Source of the DNA: Phoronis australis
Lineage: Eukaryota; Animalia; Phoronida
Direction of reading: 5' to 3'
DNA: 64,000 nt
Assembly: GCA_002633005.1 (NCBI GenBank)
Contig: NMRA01000843.1
Coordinates: 15,230-79,229, forward strand
The position numbers were made by a program, and so were the translations under genes. Shown one piece after another: positions 13,459 to 26,000 of the stretch. The notes below the pieces were generated by a model that saw nothing but the letters and a program-made list of their open reading frames with translations, was not told the DNA's origin and did no database searches. Position 1 is the first letter of the stretch. Each line of letters starts with the position of its first letter.

Positions 13459-13779
13459 TCACACTACACGAGCTGGCTTTTTTCCACGGAAAATATCTGC
13501 ACACAAGTCAGCGTGATTATTTTCTAAGAACTCGTAGACACACTCCATCCTCACTCCCTGCTCAATAGCATCAAGATGAAATTCCCCAGGCGCCACCCTT
13601 ATGAAATGTCCGCACGAGTGCATGACGGCCACGCACGCCCGTTTTTTGTGGTCAGCTACAAACCCTGGACTTCCTGAGCTGCCGTTGCCGAATTTTTCGC
13701 TGGATTGGTAAAGCGCTCGCCGTTTGTCTGTTATTTTCTTGAACACGTCGTTGTTATATTTCCTGTGTAGCCCAAGGAG
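13459..13779 (-). CDS. FAM111-like trypsin-like serine protease, terminal exon (catalytic Ser)
   Basis: Acceptor ttatacttacag|CTC (phase 0). Encodes LLGLHRK..ALYQSSEKFGNGSSGSPGFV..VAVMHSCG..AIEQGVRMECVYEFL..DIF, matching the FAM111 pattern GxSGSP..VAMHxxG..IExGxxM. Stop TGA at 13461-13459. Confidence 0.85.
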   Translation of the reverse strand, partial: LLGLHRKYNNDVFKKITDKRRALYQSSEKFGNGSSGSPGFVADHKKRACVAVMHSCGHFIRVAPGEFHLDAIEQGVRMECVYEFLENNHADLCADIFRGKKPARVV

Positions 13780-14389
13780 CTGTAAGTATAACAAGGAGCT
13801 GTACATGTAAGTATAACAAGGAGCTGTAGATGTAAGTATAACAAGGAGCTGTAGATGTAAGTATAACAAGGAGCTGTACATGTAAGTATAACAAGGAGCT
13901 GTAGATGTAAGTATAACAAGGAGCTGTACATGTAAGTATAACAAGGAGCTGTAGATGTAAGTATAACAAGGAGCTGTACATGTAAGTATAACAAGGAGCT
14001 GTAGATGTAAGTATAACAAGGAGCTGTACATGTAAGTATAACAAGGAGCTGTAGATGTAAGTATAACAAGGAGCTGTACATGTAAGTATAACAAGGAGCT
14101 GTAGATGTAAGTATAACAAGGAGCTGTACATGTAAGTATAACAAGGAGCTGTAGATGTAAGTATAACAAGGAGCTGTACATGTAAGTATAACAAGGAGCT
14201 GTAGATGTAAGTATAACAAGGAGCTGTACATGTAAGTATAACAAGGAGCTGTAGATGTAAGTATAACAAGGAGCTGTACATGTAAGTATAACAAGGAGCT
14301 GTAGATGTAAGTATAACAAGGAGCTGTACATGTAAGTATAACAAGGAGCTGTAGATGTAAGTATAACAAGGAGCTGTACATGTAAGTAC
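13773..14389. repeat. 25-bp minisatellite (~24 copies) with alternating C/G variants (50-bp higher-order unit)
   Basis: Unit gtataacaaggagctgta(c/g)atgtaa; explains three spurious overlapping ORFs. Confidence 0.97.
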
Positions 14390-14805
14390 AACAACGTGAT
14401 TTCGTAAACAACAGGTTAAGAACATGCAAGATGCAAACTGTGACTGACGATTATTGAAATAAAACAATAATCGATATACGATTTAATTTTAAGAATATAT
14501 TGAAGGACATAAAAATGTCAACCTTGTTTCCAAGAAAACTGAAAGAATTTAAGCCAGTCGCCTAAGCATCTTTTCTCTGAACTCACGAGAGAACACCGAT
14601 ATATTTGAATTCAGTGAAATCTCTTATCTCACTAGCACTCGACTGGCAAATTTCTAGTAATGCTACCGATATAACTTATGTAAAAAATCGTCCATCCTAA
14701 ATTGTACTGTAGAACTAGTTTAATTGGTTGTATTTAAAAATGGACAGGTGTACACCGTAGGTCACACCCTACTCATTCTGAGTGACATAATCAATGTTAT
14801 CGCAC

Positions 14806-15137
14806 CTTTTGTGTATTGTGTGGCGATGTACAAGTACGGTCAATTGTACACTGAGTATCCAAAACTTTCCCGTCACCAGTTGGATGTCCAACAAAATGAA
14901 TACATTCCTGCCCATCGATAGTCGCAAAGTCAGTAATAGGCGGTGGAAGCGAGTATTTATTGGTCGTCTCACACTCGCTGAAGGCTATTGGAAGTATCGC
15001 GTCGAAATCAAGGTCTAGGACGGCCACATCGAGGTCCTCGCAATGAGCCAATATGGCGCGGATAGGCGCTGCTCCGACACCGTCTGTGCCCAACAAGCGA
15101 GGCTTGTCGAAATGGAATACTGCCACGTTCTCCTTGG
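14806..15137 (-). CDS. FAM111-like protease, middle exon (catalytic Asp), copy 1
   Basis: tactttacag|CC AAG (phase 1) ... CAA AAG|gtgcga (phase 0). Encodes EDLDVAVLDL (FAM111 'LDYAVLxL') and IHFVGHPTGDGKVLDTQC (FAM111 'IIGHPxGxxKxxDxC'). Confidence 0.82.
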
Positions 15138-17151
15138 CTGTAAAGTACATATTTGAAATGATCAACAAACTGGTGTATCAGCTCATTAATGCATTATAGA
15201 ATGCACTAAATGACTCCACATGACGTGCTGTAATTATAGATTACCCGAAATACATACATGCAGGAATACTACAGTCATACTTTATCTAGAATTCATTTCA
15301 TCTTTGAATGTTTCTACTCGACTTTTGGTCTCGTTGGGATATTTCCAGATGAAACGAATTCAGGAAAAAAAACCCGGGCCTGCAAAGTGACCAAGATAAT
15401 CCTTGATGTTAAGTATCAGTCCACGGATCCACCGACCACTGTACAGCCAACAAGCGGCAAGGTGGGGGGTCAGCCATTCAGATCCATGTTTAGTCTGATA
15501 AAACACATTAGGGATGAGAGAAAATGGGTGAAGTATGACACCACAAAGTTTGGTGGTTTAGGAGATACAAGGGAAGTGTTGTGGGGGGCAAAATGAGGCA
15601 ATTTCTTGGTGTGGAATGAGTCATTTTTGACCAAATTTTCTACTCCAGTTTCTGCTTCAAACAGAATNNNNNNNNNNNNNNNNNNNNNNNNNNNNNNNNN
15701 NNNNNNNNNNNNNNNNNNNNNNNNNNNNNNNNNNNNNNNNNNNNNNNNNNNNNNNNNNNNNNNNNNNNNNNNNNNNNNNNNNNNNNNNNNNNNNNNNNNN
15801 NNNNNNNNNNNNNNNNNNNNNNNNNNNNNNNNNNNNNNNNNNNNNNNNNNNNNNNNNNNNNNNNNNNNNNNNNNNNNNNNNNNNNNNNNNNNNNNNNNNN
15901 NNNNNNNNNNNNNNNNNNNNNNNNNNNNNNNNNNNNNNNNNNNNNNNNNNNNNNNNNNNNNNNNNNNNNNNNNNNNNNNNNNNNNNNNNNNNNNNNNNNN
16001 NNNNNNNNNNNNNNNNNNNNNNNNNNNNNNNNNNNNNNNNNNNNNNNNNNNNNNNNNNNNNNNNNNNNNNNNNNNNNNNNNNNNNNNNNNNNNNNNNNNN
16101 NNNNNNNNNNNNNNNNNNNNNNNNNNNNNNNNNNNNNNNNNNNNNNNNNNNNNNNNNNNNNNNNNNNNNNNNNNNNNNNNNNNNNNNNNNNNNNNNNNNN
16201 NNNNNNNNNNNNNNNNNNNNNNAAAAAAACTGTTCGTCTTCCTCATCTGTAGTTGTTGTACCACATGCCCTCTGTTGTCTCTTACAGGAACTCTTGTCTG
16301 CAGATCGCTGGTAAATGCTGGTGGAACAGTTCAGATATGAGAACTTTAAACTACATCAGTTGAGCAGTGACTCTATCTTTGTAGTTACATTACAAGCTGG
16401 TCTGTCGGCACTTAAAACACCGTATCCTTTGTTTAAGTATGTCATGTTTAGCATGGAGGAGTAATTCAACCCTGCTTAAAGTGGAACTTGCCCACAAATT
16501 TCCTTATCTGTGTGATTGCTTTGTCAAATTAGTAAAAATCGCAACATGTAGCAACAATGTGAATATGAAGTAGGTTGAAAATTGCCAAATGTTTTCACGA
16601 ACGAGTTTTGTGTCAAAAGTGGTCCGTCATAAATCACTAAACCGTATCCAGTGTTGGGGAAATAACACTGCCTGATGCAGGTTATGTGAGCCCCCAAGGT
16701 TCATCATTAGTTCAATAATTTTTTTATTTTTACATTTACAAATTGTCAACGAATACAACTGCACTTTGTTTAGCATAGATGACGTTCAAATAGCATTGTC
16801 GTTTAGTTCCTGTTAGACATTAGCATAGTTAGAAGCGTGCAAATACATCTTTAAGGTTATATGGGACCTTAACGGCTTGTCTTTGTCTTAAGCCAAATAT
16901 CAACAAAAGTATAAATTTAAACTAATTGAGAGCGTGTATTTTCGAATGTGGAAAGCCTGNTGAAATCTCTTATCTCACTAGCACTCGACTGGCAAATTTC
17001 TAGTAATGCTACCGATATAACTTATGTAAAAAATCGCCCATCCTAAATTATACTGTAGAACTAGTTTAATTGGTTGTATTTAAAAATGGACAAGTGTACA
17101 CCGTAGGTCACACCCTACTCATTCTGAGTGAAATAATCAATGTTATCGCAC

Positions 17152-17483
17152 CTTTTGTGTATTGTGTGGCGATGTACAAGTACGGTCAATGGTACACTGA
17201 GTATCCAAAACTTTCCCGTCACCAGTTGGATGTCCAACAAAATGAATACATTCCTGCCTATCGATAGTCGCAAAGTCAGTAACAGGGGGTGGAAGCGAGT
17301 ATTTATTGGTCGTCTCACACTCGCTGAAGGCTATTGGAAGTAAGGCATCGAAATCAAGGTCTAGGACGGCCACATCGAGGTCCTCGCAATGAGCCAATAT
17401 GGCGCGGATAGGCGCTGCTCCGACACCGTCTGTGCCCAACAATCGAGGCTTGTCAAAATGGAATACTGCCACGTTCTCCTTGG
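17152..17483 (-). CDS. FAM111-like protease, middle exon, copy 2 (allelic or alternative)
   Basis: Same splice sites and frame as 14806-15137 (offset 2346), with three amino-acid differences (I>L, I>V, G>R). Confidence 0.75.
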
Positions 17484-17825
17484 CTGTAAAGTACATATTG
17501 GAAATGATCAACAAACTGGTACATGCTACCCAGCCAAGTAGACAAGAAGAAAAAGAGTTTGTTTCCTGATGATAATTGACAGAAGCTGATATTGTGTAGT
17601 GCAACACAGTTTCACTTGCAATGGGCGTGGTTATAATGCCTGACAACGGAAGCTGAACATACAAATTGAAACATGTTTTATCGTCTCTTAGTCTCTGACG
17701 GCTGTCGATAATAAGGTGTATCAGCTCATTAATGCATTATAGAAGGCACTAAGTGACTGCACTTGACGAGCTGTAATTATAGATTACCCGAAATACATAC
17801 ATGTAGGAATACTACAGTCATACTT

Positions 17826-19158
17826 TTTATGATCGACATATGTCCCGAAAAATAGATAAATGATACGTGCGTCGCAAGCTCGTTACCAGAGATGAAAGGA
17901 GATTGATGTAGGAGATATAAGGTCATTTATTATGACTAGTACAATTACAATAAAATGAATACAGGTAAATAAGTATAACAGGTAATCTCTGGTAAGATGG
18001 GCAATAAAAAGCGCCGGCCACGTGGAAGTACGAGAGAATGACGAAAACTGGGAGGAAGAGGGTGGGAAAATTGAATGAGTTTTTGACGTACGACAATGTG
18101 GCCGGAACAAAGTGAATTGAAAGCGAGGTTACAATAACAAAGTAAAACGCCCCTAAAGACACGTGACAATCATCAGCCTATAAGAGCCAAGAGCTGACCA
18201 AACTCGAGGCACGTGATAACAACAGACCAATGCGAAGGCTGGAAAAACGTCGTGTAGTCCTGCACGAGGGAATAATGGAATAGACCAAGATGAGGGGGAA
18301 AAGNNNNNNNNNNNNNNNNNNNNNNNNNNNNNNNNNNNNNNNNNNNNNNNNNNNNNNNNNNNNNNNNNNNNNNNNNNNNNNNNNNNNNNNNNNNNNNNNN
18401 NNNNNNNNNNNNNNNNNNNNNNNNNNNNNNNNNNNNNNNNNNNNNNNNNNNNNNNNNNNNNNNNNNNNNNNNNNNNNNNNNNNNNNNNNNNNNNNNNNNN
18501 NNNNNNNNNNNNNNNNNNNNNNNNNNNNNNNNNNNNNNNNNNNNNNNNNNNNNNNNNNNNNNNNNNNNNNNNNNNNNNNNNNNNNNNNNNNNNNNNNNNN
18601 NNNNNNNNNNNNNNNNNNNNNNNNNNNNNNNNNNNNNNNNNNNNNNNNNNNNNNNNNNNNNNNNNNNNNNNNNNNNNNNNNNNNNNNNNNNNNNNNNNNN
18701 NNNNNNNNNNNNNNNNNNNNNNNNNNNNNNNNNNNNNNNNNNNNNNNNNNNNNNNNNNNNNNNNNNNNNNNNNNNNNNNNNNNNNNNNNNNNNNNNNNNN
18801 NNNNNNNNNNNNNNNNNNNNNNNNNNNNNNNNNNNNNNNNNNNNNNNNNNNNNNNNNNNNNNNNNNNNNNNNNNNNNNNNNNNNNNNNNNNNNNNNNNNN
18901 NNNNNNNNNNNNNNNNNNNNNNNNNNNNNNNNNNNNNNNNNNNNNNNNNNNNNNNNNNNNNNNNNNNNNNNNNNNNNNNNNNNNNNNAAACCTAACGGTA
19001 AAGGGTCGTTACCGGAAAGCGGCGGCAGGCTGTGAGGTAAAGCAGGAGGTAGCGGTCCAAGTCCGGTGGCGGAGACAGCAGTAGGCTGAGGCGCTGGTGC
19101 AGGGGCGGTGGTCGATGAAGAAGAGAGCGATGGCACAGGAGTGGATGGCAGCAGTAGT
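17826..19158. mobile_element. ~1.3-kb insertion present only in duplicate copy 2 (partly N-gap); contains a Pro/Ser/Ala-rich reading frame, element class uncertain
   Basis: Copy 1 reads cagtcatactttatctagaa contiguously; copy 2 has catacttt|insert|actttatctagaa. Confidence 0.5.
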
Positions 19159-19305
19159 AACTTTATCTAGAATTCATTTCATCTTTGAATGTTTCTACTC
19201 GACTTTTGATCTCGTTGGGATATTCCCAGATGAAACGAATTCAGGATAACATATTATAGTAGTATACCTATATACATGTATGTAAGATAACCTATTTAGG
19301 CCTAA

Positions 19306-19373
19306 CACACACACACGCACGCACGCACGCACGCACGCACGCACACACGCACGCACACATGTGTGTGTGTGTG
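19306..19373. repeat. Compound microsatellite (CA)n(CACG)n followed by (TG)n
   Basis: Directly visible. Confidence 0.9.
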
Positions 19374-20021
19374 AACATTTGTTTCGCGGCGATATCTTAT
19401 TGTTATATGTGCTTTGGCGTGTTGTTACATGAAGTTATATCTATATCAAGCCTACTCACGCGTGCAAAGTGACCAAGATAATCCTTGATGTTAAATAACT
19501 ACTAAAGTTTTATTTCACATTGAATTTGATAAGAATTTTCACTTTGTGAGATATTCAAGTTAAAACGATGTTCAATCATAATAAAACTTGATACGCATGT
19601 GCGTGCAGCAGTGTGTCGCTTTGGCTTTGATGATTATCGTAGATTCCTATGTTTATTTTCCTGTCGCATGTTTTGGAATGAAAATACAGCTGTAGTAATA
19701 GAAATGTTTCCCTGTTGATGACAACACAGGAGAATAACGGTGTTTGAGGCAAAAGGAAAGTATCCCAAAAAGCAGATTTTACGTTACCAGGAGAGCCTAG
19801 GAATGCTGTGAGCACACGATTGTCTTTAAAAAATGCATACTCGATATTAGGCTGCAATTAGCTGTAAATAGTATTATTTCTAAGTTAATATATCCTGTAT
19901 CCGTCCATAAGAAAAACGTTTTCGTTTGATTTGAATGTGTTGTAATATCGTGTATCAACCCACTCATGGAACATAGGACGCAATAAATGACTCCACTTTA
20001 ACCTGCAAAAACATTTTGGTC

Positions 20022-20733
20022 CTTTAAACAAGGGCAGGAATCAACAATTGGTCGGAGTTGGCGGACTTGAAAACCAGTCGACTGGACTGCAAAAAAATGG
20101 CCGGGGTCAAACATGTTGTCAGAACTTCAAAACGCGATAGCCTCACTTAAAAAGAACTACTTGGCTGGACCCAAAACACGATGGCCGGTGTTATAACCAG
20201 TTGGCTAGAGAACACACACAGCGGTGGGACTTCCTCGGAATTTGGATTTGAATGTCTCGAAGGATTCACGTGTCATCTAATGTTTACTTTTCGTACCCGT
20301 TTGTTTTGCTCAAATTTTTTCGGCCATTGCGTTTGACCATCGACCAAACCGCTTTAATTCCGGCCAACCAGTTCTATTTTTGGGTTCGGCCATCTGGTTT
20401 TGGGGTATCCGCCAATCCGTTTTGAGGTCCGACCATCAAGTTAAAACACCAGCCATATTTGGTTTTGCACTCCAACCAACTGGTTTTGAAGTCCAGGCAA
20501 GTGATTTTGAAGTACGGGCAAGTGGTTTTGAAGTACGGGCAAGTGGTTTTGAAGTCCGGACAAGTGGTTTTGAAGTACGGGCAAGTGGTTTTGAAGTCCG
20601 GGCAAGTGGTTTTGAAGTCCGGGCAAGTGGTTTTGAAGTCCGGGCAAGTGGTTTTGAAGTCCGGGTAAGTAGTTTTGAAGTCCGACAATTGGTTTTGAAG
20701 TCCAACCAATTATTGATTCTCCTTCTTGTTAAA
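20022..20733. mobile_element. Foldback/MITE-like element with internal 21-bp tandem repeats
   Basis: Left end tttaaacaagggcaggaatcaacaattggtcgga resembles the reverse complement of the right end. The unit ggttttgaagtccgggcaagt repeats ~11x at 20480-20705, with degenerate inverted copies at 20060-20220. Confidence 0.65.
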
Positions 20734-21751
20734 GCTTCATTTCACCTGTTTACTTAGATAAAAAAGAAAATCGAATTAGACATTGTACTCCCCGAGGTCA
20801 GTCTCATTACATAAGTTTCTTTTTGCTACAAAGAAAACACAGAAACCATCAGTGACACAAGAGAAAACGCTTCAAAGTTTACTACAGTTGAACCATTTGA
20901 AAATGGCGCTGCCTTTGACTCTAGTCGTTGTGGGTTACGAGGTTCTTGTGGGTAACGGAAACGGAATCCTATCACGGTCAGACCAATCTTGACATAGTAA
21001 AACGAGCAGTTCGATTGATGCTTTAGTTATTTTTTTTTAATTTGAATTATATGCGGATTTGATTTGGATAGAGCTCCTCAACATTTTGAATGTTGCCCTT
21101 TACAATGTATCAATTATTTAACTTTGCTTCCACAATTAATTGTCTACACTTGTTAATTTAGATTTGTAATAGTACAGCTCACTCCACTTTGACCATAAAT
21201 TGTCAAATATATTCATTTATACCTTTAAATGCATTGGCTTTATTTTGATCAACACAGTTTTGTTATTTTATATTCTATACCAGGGTAGCCATTTTGATGT
21301 TTTTGCCGTCTTATAAGTAATATTAGTTGTCACAGTGTTTAATCCAGTTAAGTTGGAAGACCTTCGACCTGCACCTGCAACATCCAATACACTGACAATA
21401 TGAACAGATGAGCGTGTTTATGGCGGGCTGAAAAATGAATTAAAACCGTACCTCTACACTGACTGTAAAAATAATTCATTTGTATATTGGTGTACAAAAT
21501 TGGTAGACAGTCTGGCAACCATGTATTTGTGAACTATTAGACAGATGGCGCTACCAACACATAGCGTACATCCAGGCTAAGGCGACACAGTCACCGAGTG
21601 CCTTGACGCAGACTAGACTGGTCTCTCACTAGTCAGAAAAGTAACAACGTAGTTCATGCTTGAACCCCAATAGTTTTAAACTACCAGGCAGCTATACATA
21701 AGTTTATTTATAAATAAAATGTTGTTCAAACAATAGCAAATTTGTACTTAC

Positions 21752-21982
21752 GTTCATAACTAAGTCCTTTTAATACGTGACAGTTTGTCATGACGTAAGT
21801 TGGACCAACACGGAACCCAGATCCCACTCCTGTGCCGTCTGCTTTTGCCAATAACACTACGGATTGGAGAGCGTCAGAAAGAGACTTGTGTAACCGTGCC
21901 GACATCACGTTCTTACCAGGAGCAAGGAATTGTGTCGTTGAACCGGTAAATTGTGTAGGAGACTGTATGAGTGGGAAGTAAT
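21752..21982 (-). CDS. FAM111-like protease exon (catalytic His)
   Basis: ttttccag|AT ... GAA C|gtaagt, phase 1/1. Encodes ALQSVVLL..GVGSGFRVGPTYVMTNCHVL, the trypsin-fold 'GSGF..TNxHV' motif. Confidence 0.85.
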
Positions 21983-22088
21983 CTGGAAAATATAGAGTTG
22001 GTTCATGTAGGAACTCTTACGCTGAAACTGGAATAGAAACAGAAATTCGTTTATCAAATTTGACTCCTTCCTTGAACTTTACAATTAC

Positions 22089-22365
22089 CTGACTGCCTGA
22101 TAACCAACTTCAATATGTCCAAGTCACCGTCGTTTCTCCTTTTTACTGTGAAGCTGACTTCCGCCTCACTGTCGGGGATGGTTTTACCTTTTGAGCAGGC
22201 ATAACGTTCGAGCATTGAACTCAACTGCTTCTCATACGGTGCAGCACTCGCCCCAAGACCTTGCTCCGATGAATCCGCAGTCGCTCCTACAGGCACGTGG
22301 GATGGCATTTCATCAGCCTGTTCAACACTTTGGTCCATCCTTCGACCATTTTGTTCCATGTGTTG
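22089..22365 (-). CDS. FAM111-like protease, upstream exon (linker-like; ATG at 22359 or phase-0 acceptor at 22365)
   Basis: Open frame ending TCA G|gtaatt (phase 1, compatible with the next exon). From ATG 22359 the four exons total 1155 nt (384 aa). The acceptor tcatcttcag|CAA CAC ATG allows an in-frame upstream extension. Confidence 0.7.
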
Positions 22366-22585
22366 CTGAAGATGACATTGTGAAATGAAAGCAATTGGCT
22401 ATTTTCACACACCAAACGCTTCAAACGACGAGCATGCCCAAGCACTACGAAACACTATGAAACCTCGTCAACTTTGATTATCAAAAGGGAACAGTCAAGA
22501 CCAAATGTCCAGTTGTGCAACTATGTTTGAGTGTTAACAGCGGCCTTAGGTAACTTTCACCTCGAAAGTTAACACACTGCATTAG

Positions 22586-23008
22586 TTCTCGCTGGTTACC
22601 AGAGTGTCAGCTAGGGTAAAAGAGCCGGAAGGTATCATTTAATATTCCTAGGAAATTTTTTTCACCTGCATTTCTGATTGGCTGCTCTAATTGTCAACAG
22701 GTAGCGCTTCATACGTAAACAAGCCGGCATGATGGAGGAAGTGTAAATGTGGATATAGTTTGTGGTCAACTGAAGACAAATCGGTGCTTAATTATGGGGG
22801 TATGTTCAAGACGATTTTGACACTGTAGAGAGAAAAATTGGTTCATAAAGATGTTCACAAGGCTAAAAATTGTTCACAGTCCGCCATCACCTTTCTTTGT
22901 TGTAAAGCTAACCAACGACTGCCGAGACTACATCAACTATGACACATGCTGCTGAATGATAACTGCAAGTACCTTTCCCCCTAACGGACACGCAGGGAAC
23001 CAGCGAAT
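22586..23008. mobile_element. MITE with imperfect terminal inverted repeats
   Basis: Left tcgctggttaccagagtgtcagctagggtaaaag versus reverse complement of the right end tcgctggttccctgcgtgtccgttagggggaaag. Confidence 0.6.
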
Positions 23009-26000
23009 GAATTAGTAATTCGTCACGTGCAATCAAAGACAAGTTTACATTGAAATATACCTGTTCCAAACATGTACGTGGTCACTTGATAGAAGTCTGC
23101 AACGTAAATTCTTCAAAAGTTGCCTTGCGCCGTGTAGAAAGTCGTACGTCCGTCAATTTGAGATTTTTGAGTTGGGGTGTGATTGGACTATATGAATTGA
23201 CTAGACGTATCGTTGAATAATCAAAGTGTAAGTTGATTAAAGAAAACTACGCGTTGGATAAGCTAAAATGCGCGTTGAGAAAGAGCAGAACGATGGTCGT
23301 TTAAGAAACAAAATTATGCGTTGATTTAGCACATTTCGACGCGCAGAAACGTACGCATTTAAGAACATTTTGATGCTTAATAAGTGTAGATTGGAAACAT
23401 TCCGGATTAGTCTATATGTTGGACTATTGCAATGGCGTCCGGAGATTGTGTTAGAGATTACAAATGTCATTTCAACAGGAAGTACTAGAGCTGCAAACGC
23501 AATTAACCGTCATGAAACGGAAACGGTATTGTTTTTTCGTCTCTTGAAATACAAGAAATGCATATAACTGCCATGCTAGCAAAATTCGGAAACCTCTACC
23601 GATCATCATGATCTATTGATTGCTCTGATTACGAGTTTGAATTGGATATGATTTTCCGCCAACTAGGAGCACTGCTCATCTTCAACATGACAGTACCACC
23701 CACCATGACATTGATAACGCGCAACTGACAGTCTATAGACCAAGCAACAACCGTGGCCTTGACTCACGCCGACTTCTTGTTTCCTGTCCCCTTTTCATAT
23801 TATGTCCGTCACGAGGTATGTGGCGTAGCTCCCTCTGGCGATGCTTTAAGTTACAAAACGAATCACCTGGAGCCTGTGGATATCGTTTTAGATGTGGTAT
23901 GGTTTCTTAAAACGCTTATTCTTAACTCTGCACGTGAGATATGTTTCTTTGGGTGGTCTGATGATAGCAGTACTAGTAGTAATGAGGACCAATATTGACA
24001 ATGTGGTCGTGATATCAATAACAAAAACAACCAAGTTACTAGCTATGATGATATCGTCTGCGTATCAACTCATAAACTGGTTCATTACTTTGTACCTTAA
24101 GGAGGTTCTTTATTTCTTCCTTCCAACAGACATCGTAAGCAGTTTTTCTATTCTGTAAAATACGTATTTTAATTCAGATTAAAAATTAAAATTAAAATGG
24201 GTATTAATTTTAAGTCAAAACTGCACTACACAAAACACTTGACCTCCATATGTATTCATGTTCATACATTTTGCCGTTTCTGCAAGGTTTCATAGTTTGG
24301 AAGTTGAGACAAATCTAAGGCTTAAATCAGTTTCTTGAAGAGACCAGGGTGTGAACCACTTTTGGTTCATGACCTACACTTCGATGAGTTGTAAACAAAG
24401 CGTATGGATCAGATGACGACGCTGAAAATTGATTATAAGCTACAGAATGACATCATCAACTGAAGTCAACACACGCTCTGCATCCTTATCTATTATGGTT
24501 AAACATATTTTCAATAGGTTCGACTCATCTGCATGAGGAGGATACATATACTTGAGCACCCCGTCAAAGACAGTTGAACTCACGGTTTCCTACAGCTTTG
24601 TATTGCATGCATGAGTCTTGTAGAGTAGTTATATTGGAAAATGCCCTGAGGCTTTTGTCTTTAGTTGTTCACCCTTGAGTGTAAATAAAACTTGCTGAGT
24701 AACATTAGTCAATAACATTATATTATCTACTGCACAAAAAGTGGCTAAACCTTTATCTTTCCAATTCCGTATATAGTCTTACAGTTAGCATAGTTTGCCA
24801 ACAAAGTCTTCCTAAACATGCTAAGAATTATATGGTGACACTTGGCTTACCTCACAGCCCAACTGCCACCTGCTGGTTTAGTAGTTGATGCAGTTATGTT
24901 GTACATCCACCAGATTTAATGAGAAACATAATGTATCAATGTTTTATAATGTTAGGTTGCAAGTCACATTTCTAGTCTTATTTTGAAAATTTCAAAACCT
25001 GACATCGTACACTTTTTGCGAACTATTCCCCTATGCTATTTAAACACTTTCAAAACGAAAATTACAAAAAAAACTTCTGTCGCCACCAATGTGTTAATGA
25101 TGAGTCTAATTATCTAGTGACTGATAACATCAGCAGCCTGTGGCGTCCAGACCGATGTAATTGCCTTCAACTGCATTGTGTCTTTGATCTTTGCTGCAGA
25201 CTTTACGGTACGTAAACTGGTCGATACGCCCAATGAAGGTCAAGTGCTACCTGAGATTCCTTTCAAAAAGAAATTGCATCATTCGTTAGATTTTTTTGCA
25301 TGAAAATATACATATTTTGCCATCGTTTATATTGTTTATATCTTCTTCGAACCTAATAGTCTTCATGTTTGCCAAACTTTTATCTTCCCGTTTCCGTTCA
25401 ACGCTATCACGTGGTTTTAACCCAGTCCAAACAAGATGCTTTCCCAACAACCTCTCCCTAAAGAAGTTGTTATTCTTTGAATCGCTGTTTTGGGCGAAAA
25501 TCTCCGAGGTGAGCCTCACTGCGGAATGAACCTTCAAACCCCGCGGTCGAAGCCCAACAATGCTGTCCGGAAATAATTATTCTCTATGAATGATGGACTA
25601 CGTTAAGAATATTTAAAGTGACGTTATTGGCGAGTAATGTATTTTTTACAATAGTCGCAGCAAGAAATCGAAAGCAACTGCTCGCCAGTCGCAGTCTAAT
25701 ACCGCCACCGAGCAAAATCTCACTAGTTAAATTTAGTAGCGTGCTTGATTAGTAAAAATACTGGCCCTACTTTCAGCGGATGTCTGCCCGAAAACAACGA
25801 GAATTGGAGACTTCTAACAAAATCACAAAAAACATATTTTGCAGTTATATAGGTATGGTGAAAGCGAAAATTAAAGAATTCTGTCTCATCCAACATTTAC
25901 TGGAGAAACCAGAATATCTGCAAACAACTGAGAATTTGCGACAAAATCACAAGAACACTAAGGATTATGAAGGAACTTAGAAAATTGTCCAAATTTCTCA

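Larger units (their letters stand above)
16961..19493. repeat. Near-identical duplicate of 14615-15412 (with indels), separated by an N-gap; probable uncollapsed haplotype or local duplication
   Basis: 16961-17825 matches 14615-15285 except for an extra ~200 bp (17520-17717); 19160-19245 matches 15280-15365; 19463-19493 matches 15381-15412. Confidence 0.85.

Noticed and set aside
13731-14467. Three overlapping 230-310 aa repetitive ORFs; also considered as a CRISPR-like array
   Set aside because: Produced by a stop-free 25-bp minisatellite; no unique spacers, no cas genes, eukaryotic context.
20374-20757. Heptad-repeat ORFs in five frames
   Set aside because: 21-bp tandem repeat inside a foldback element.
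25286-25537. 83-aa minus ORF as a candidate linker exon between ankyrin and protease
   Set aside because: No recognisable motif or convincing splice sites.
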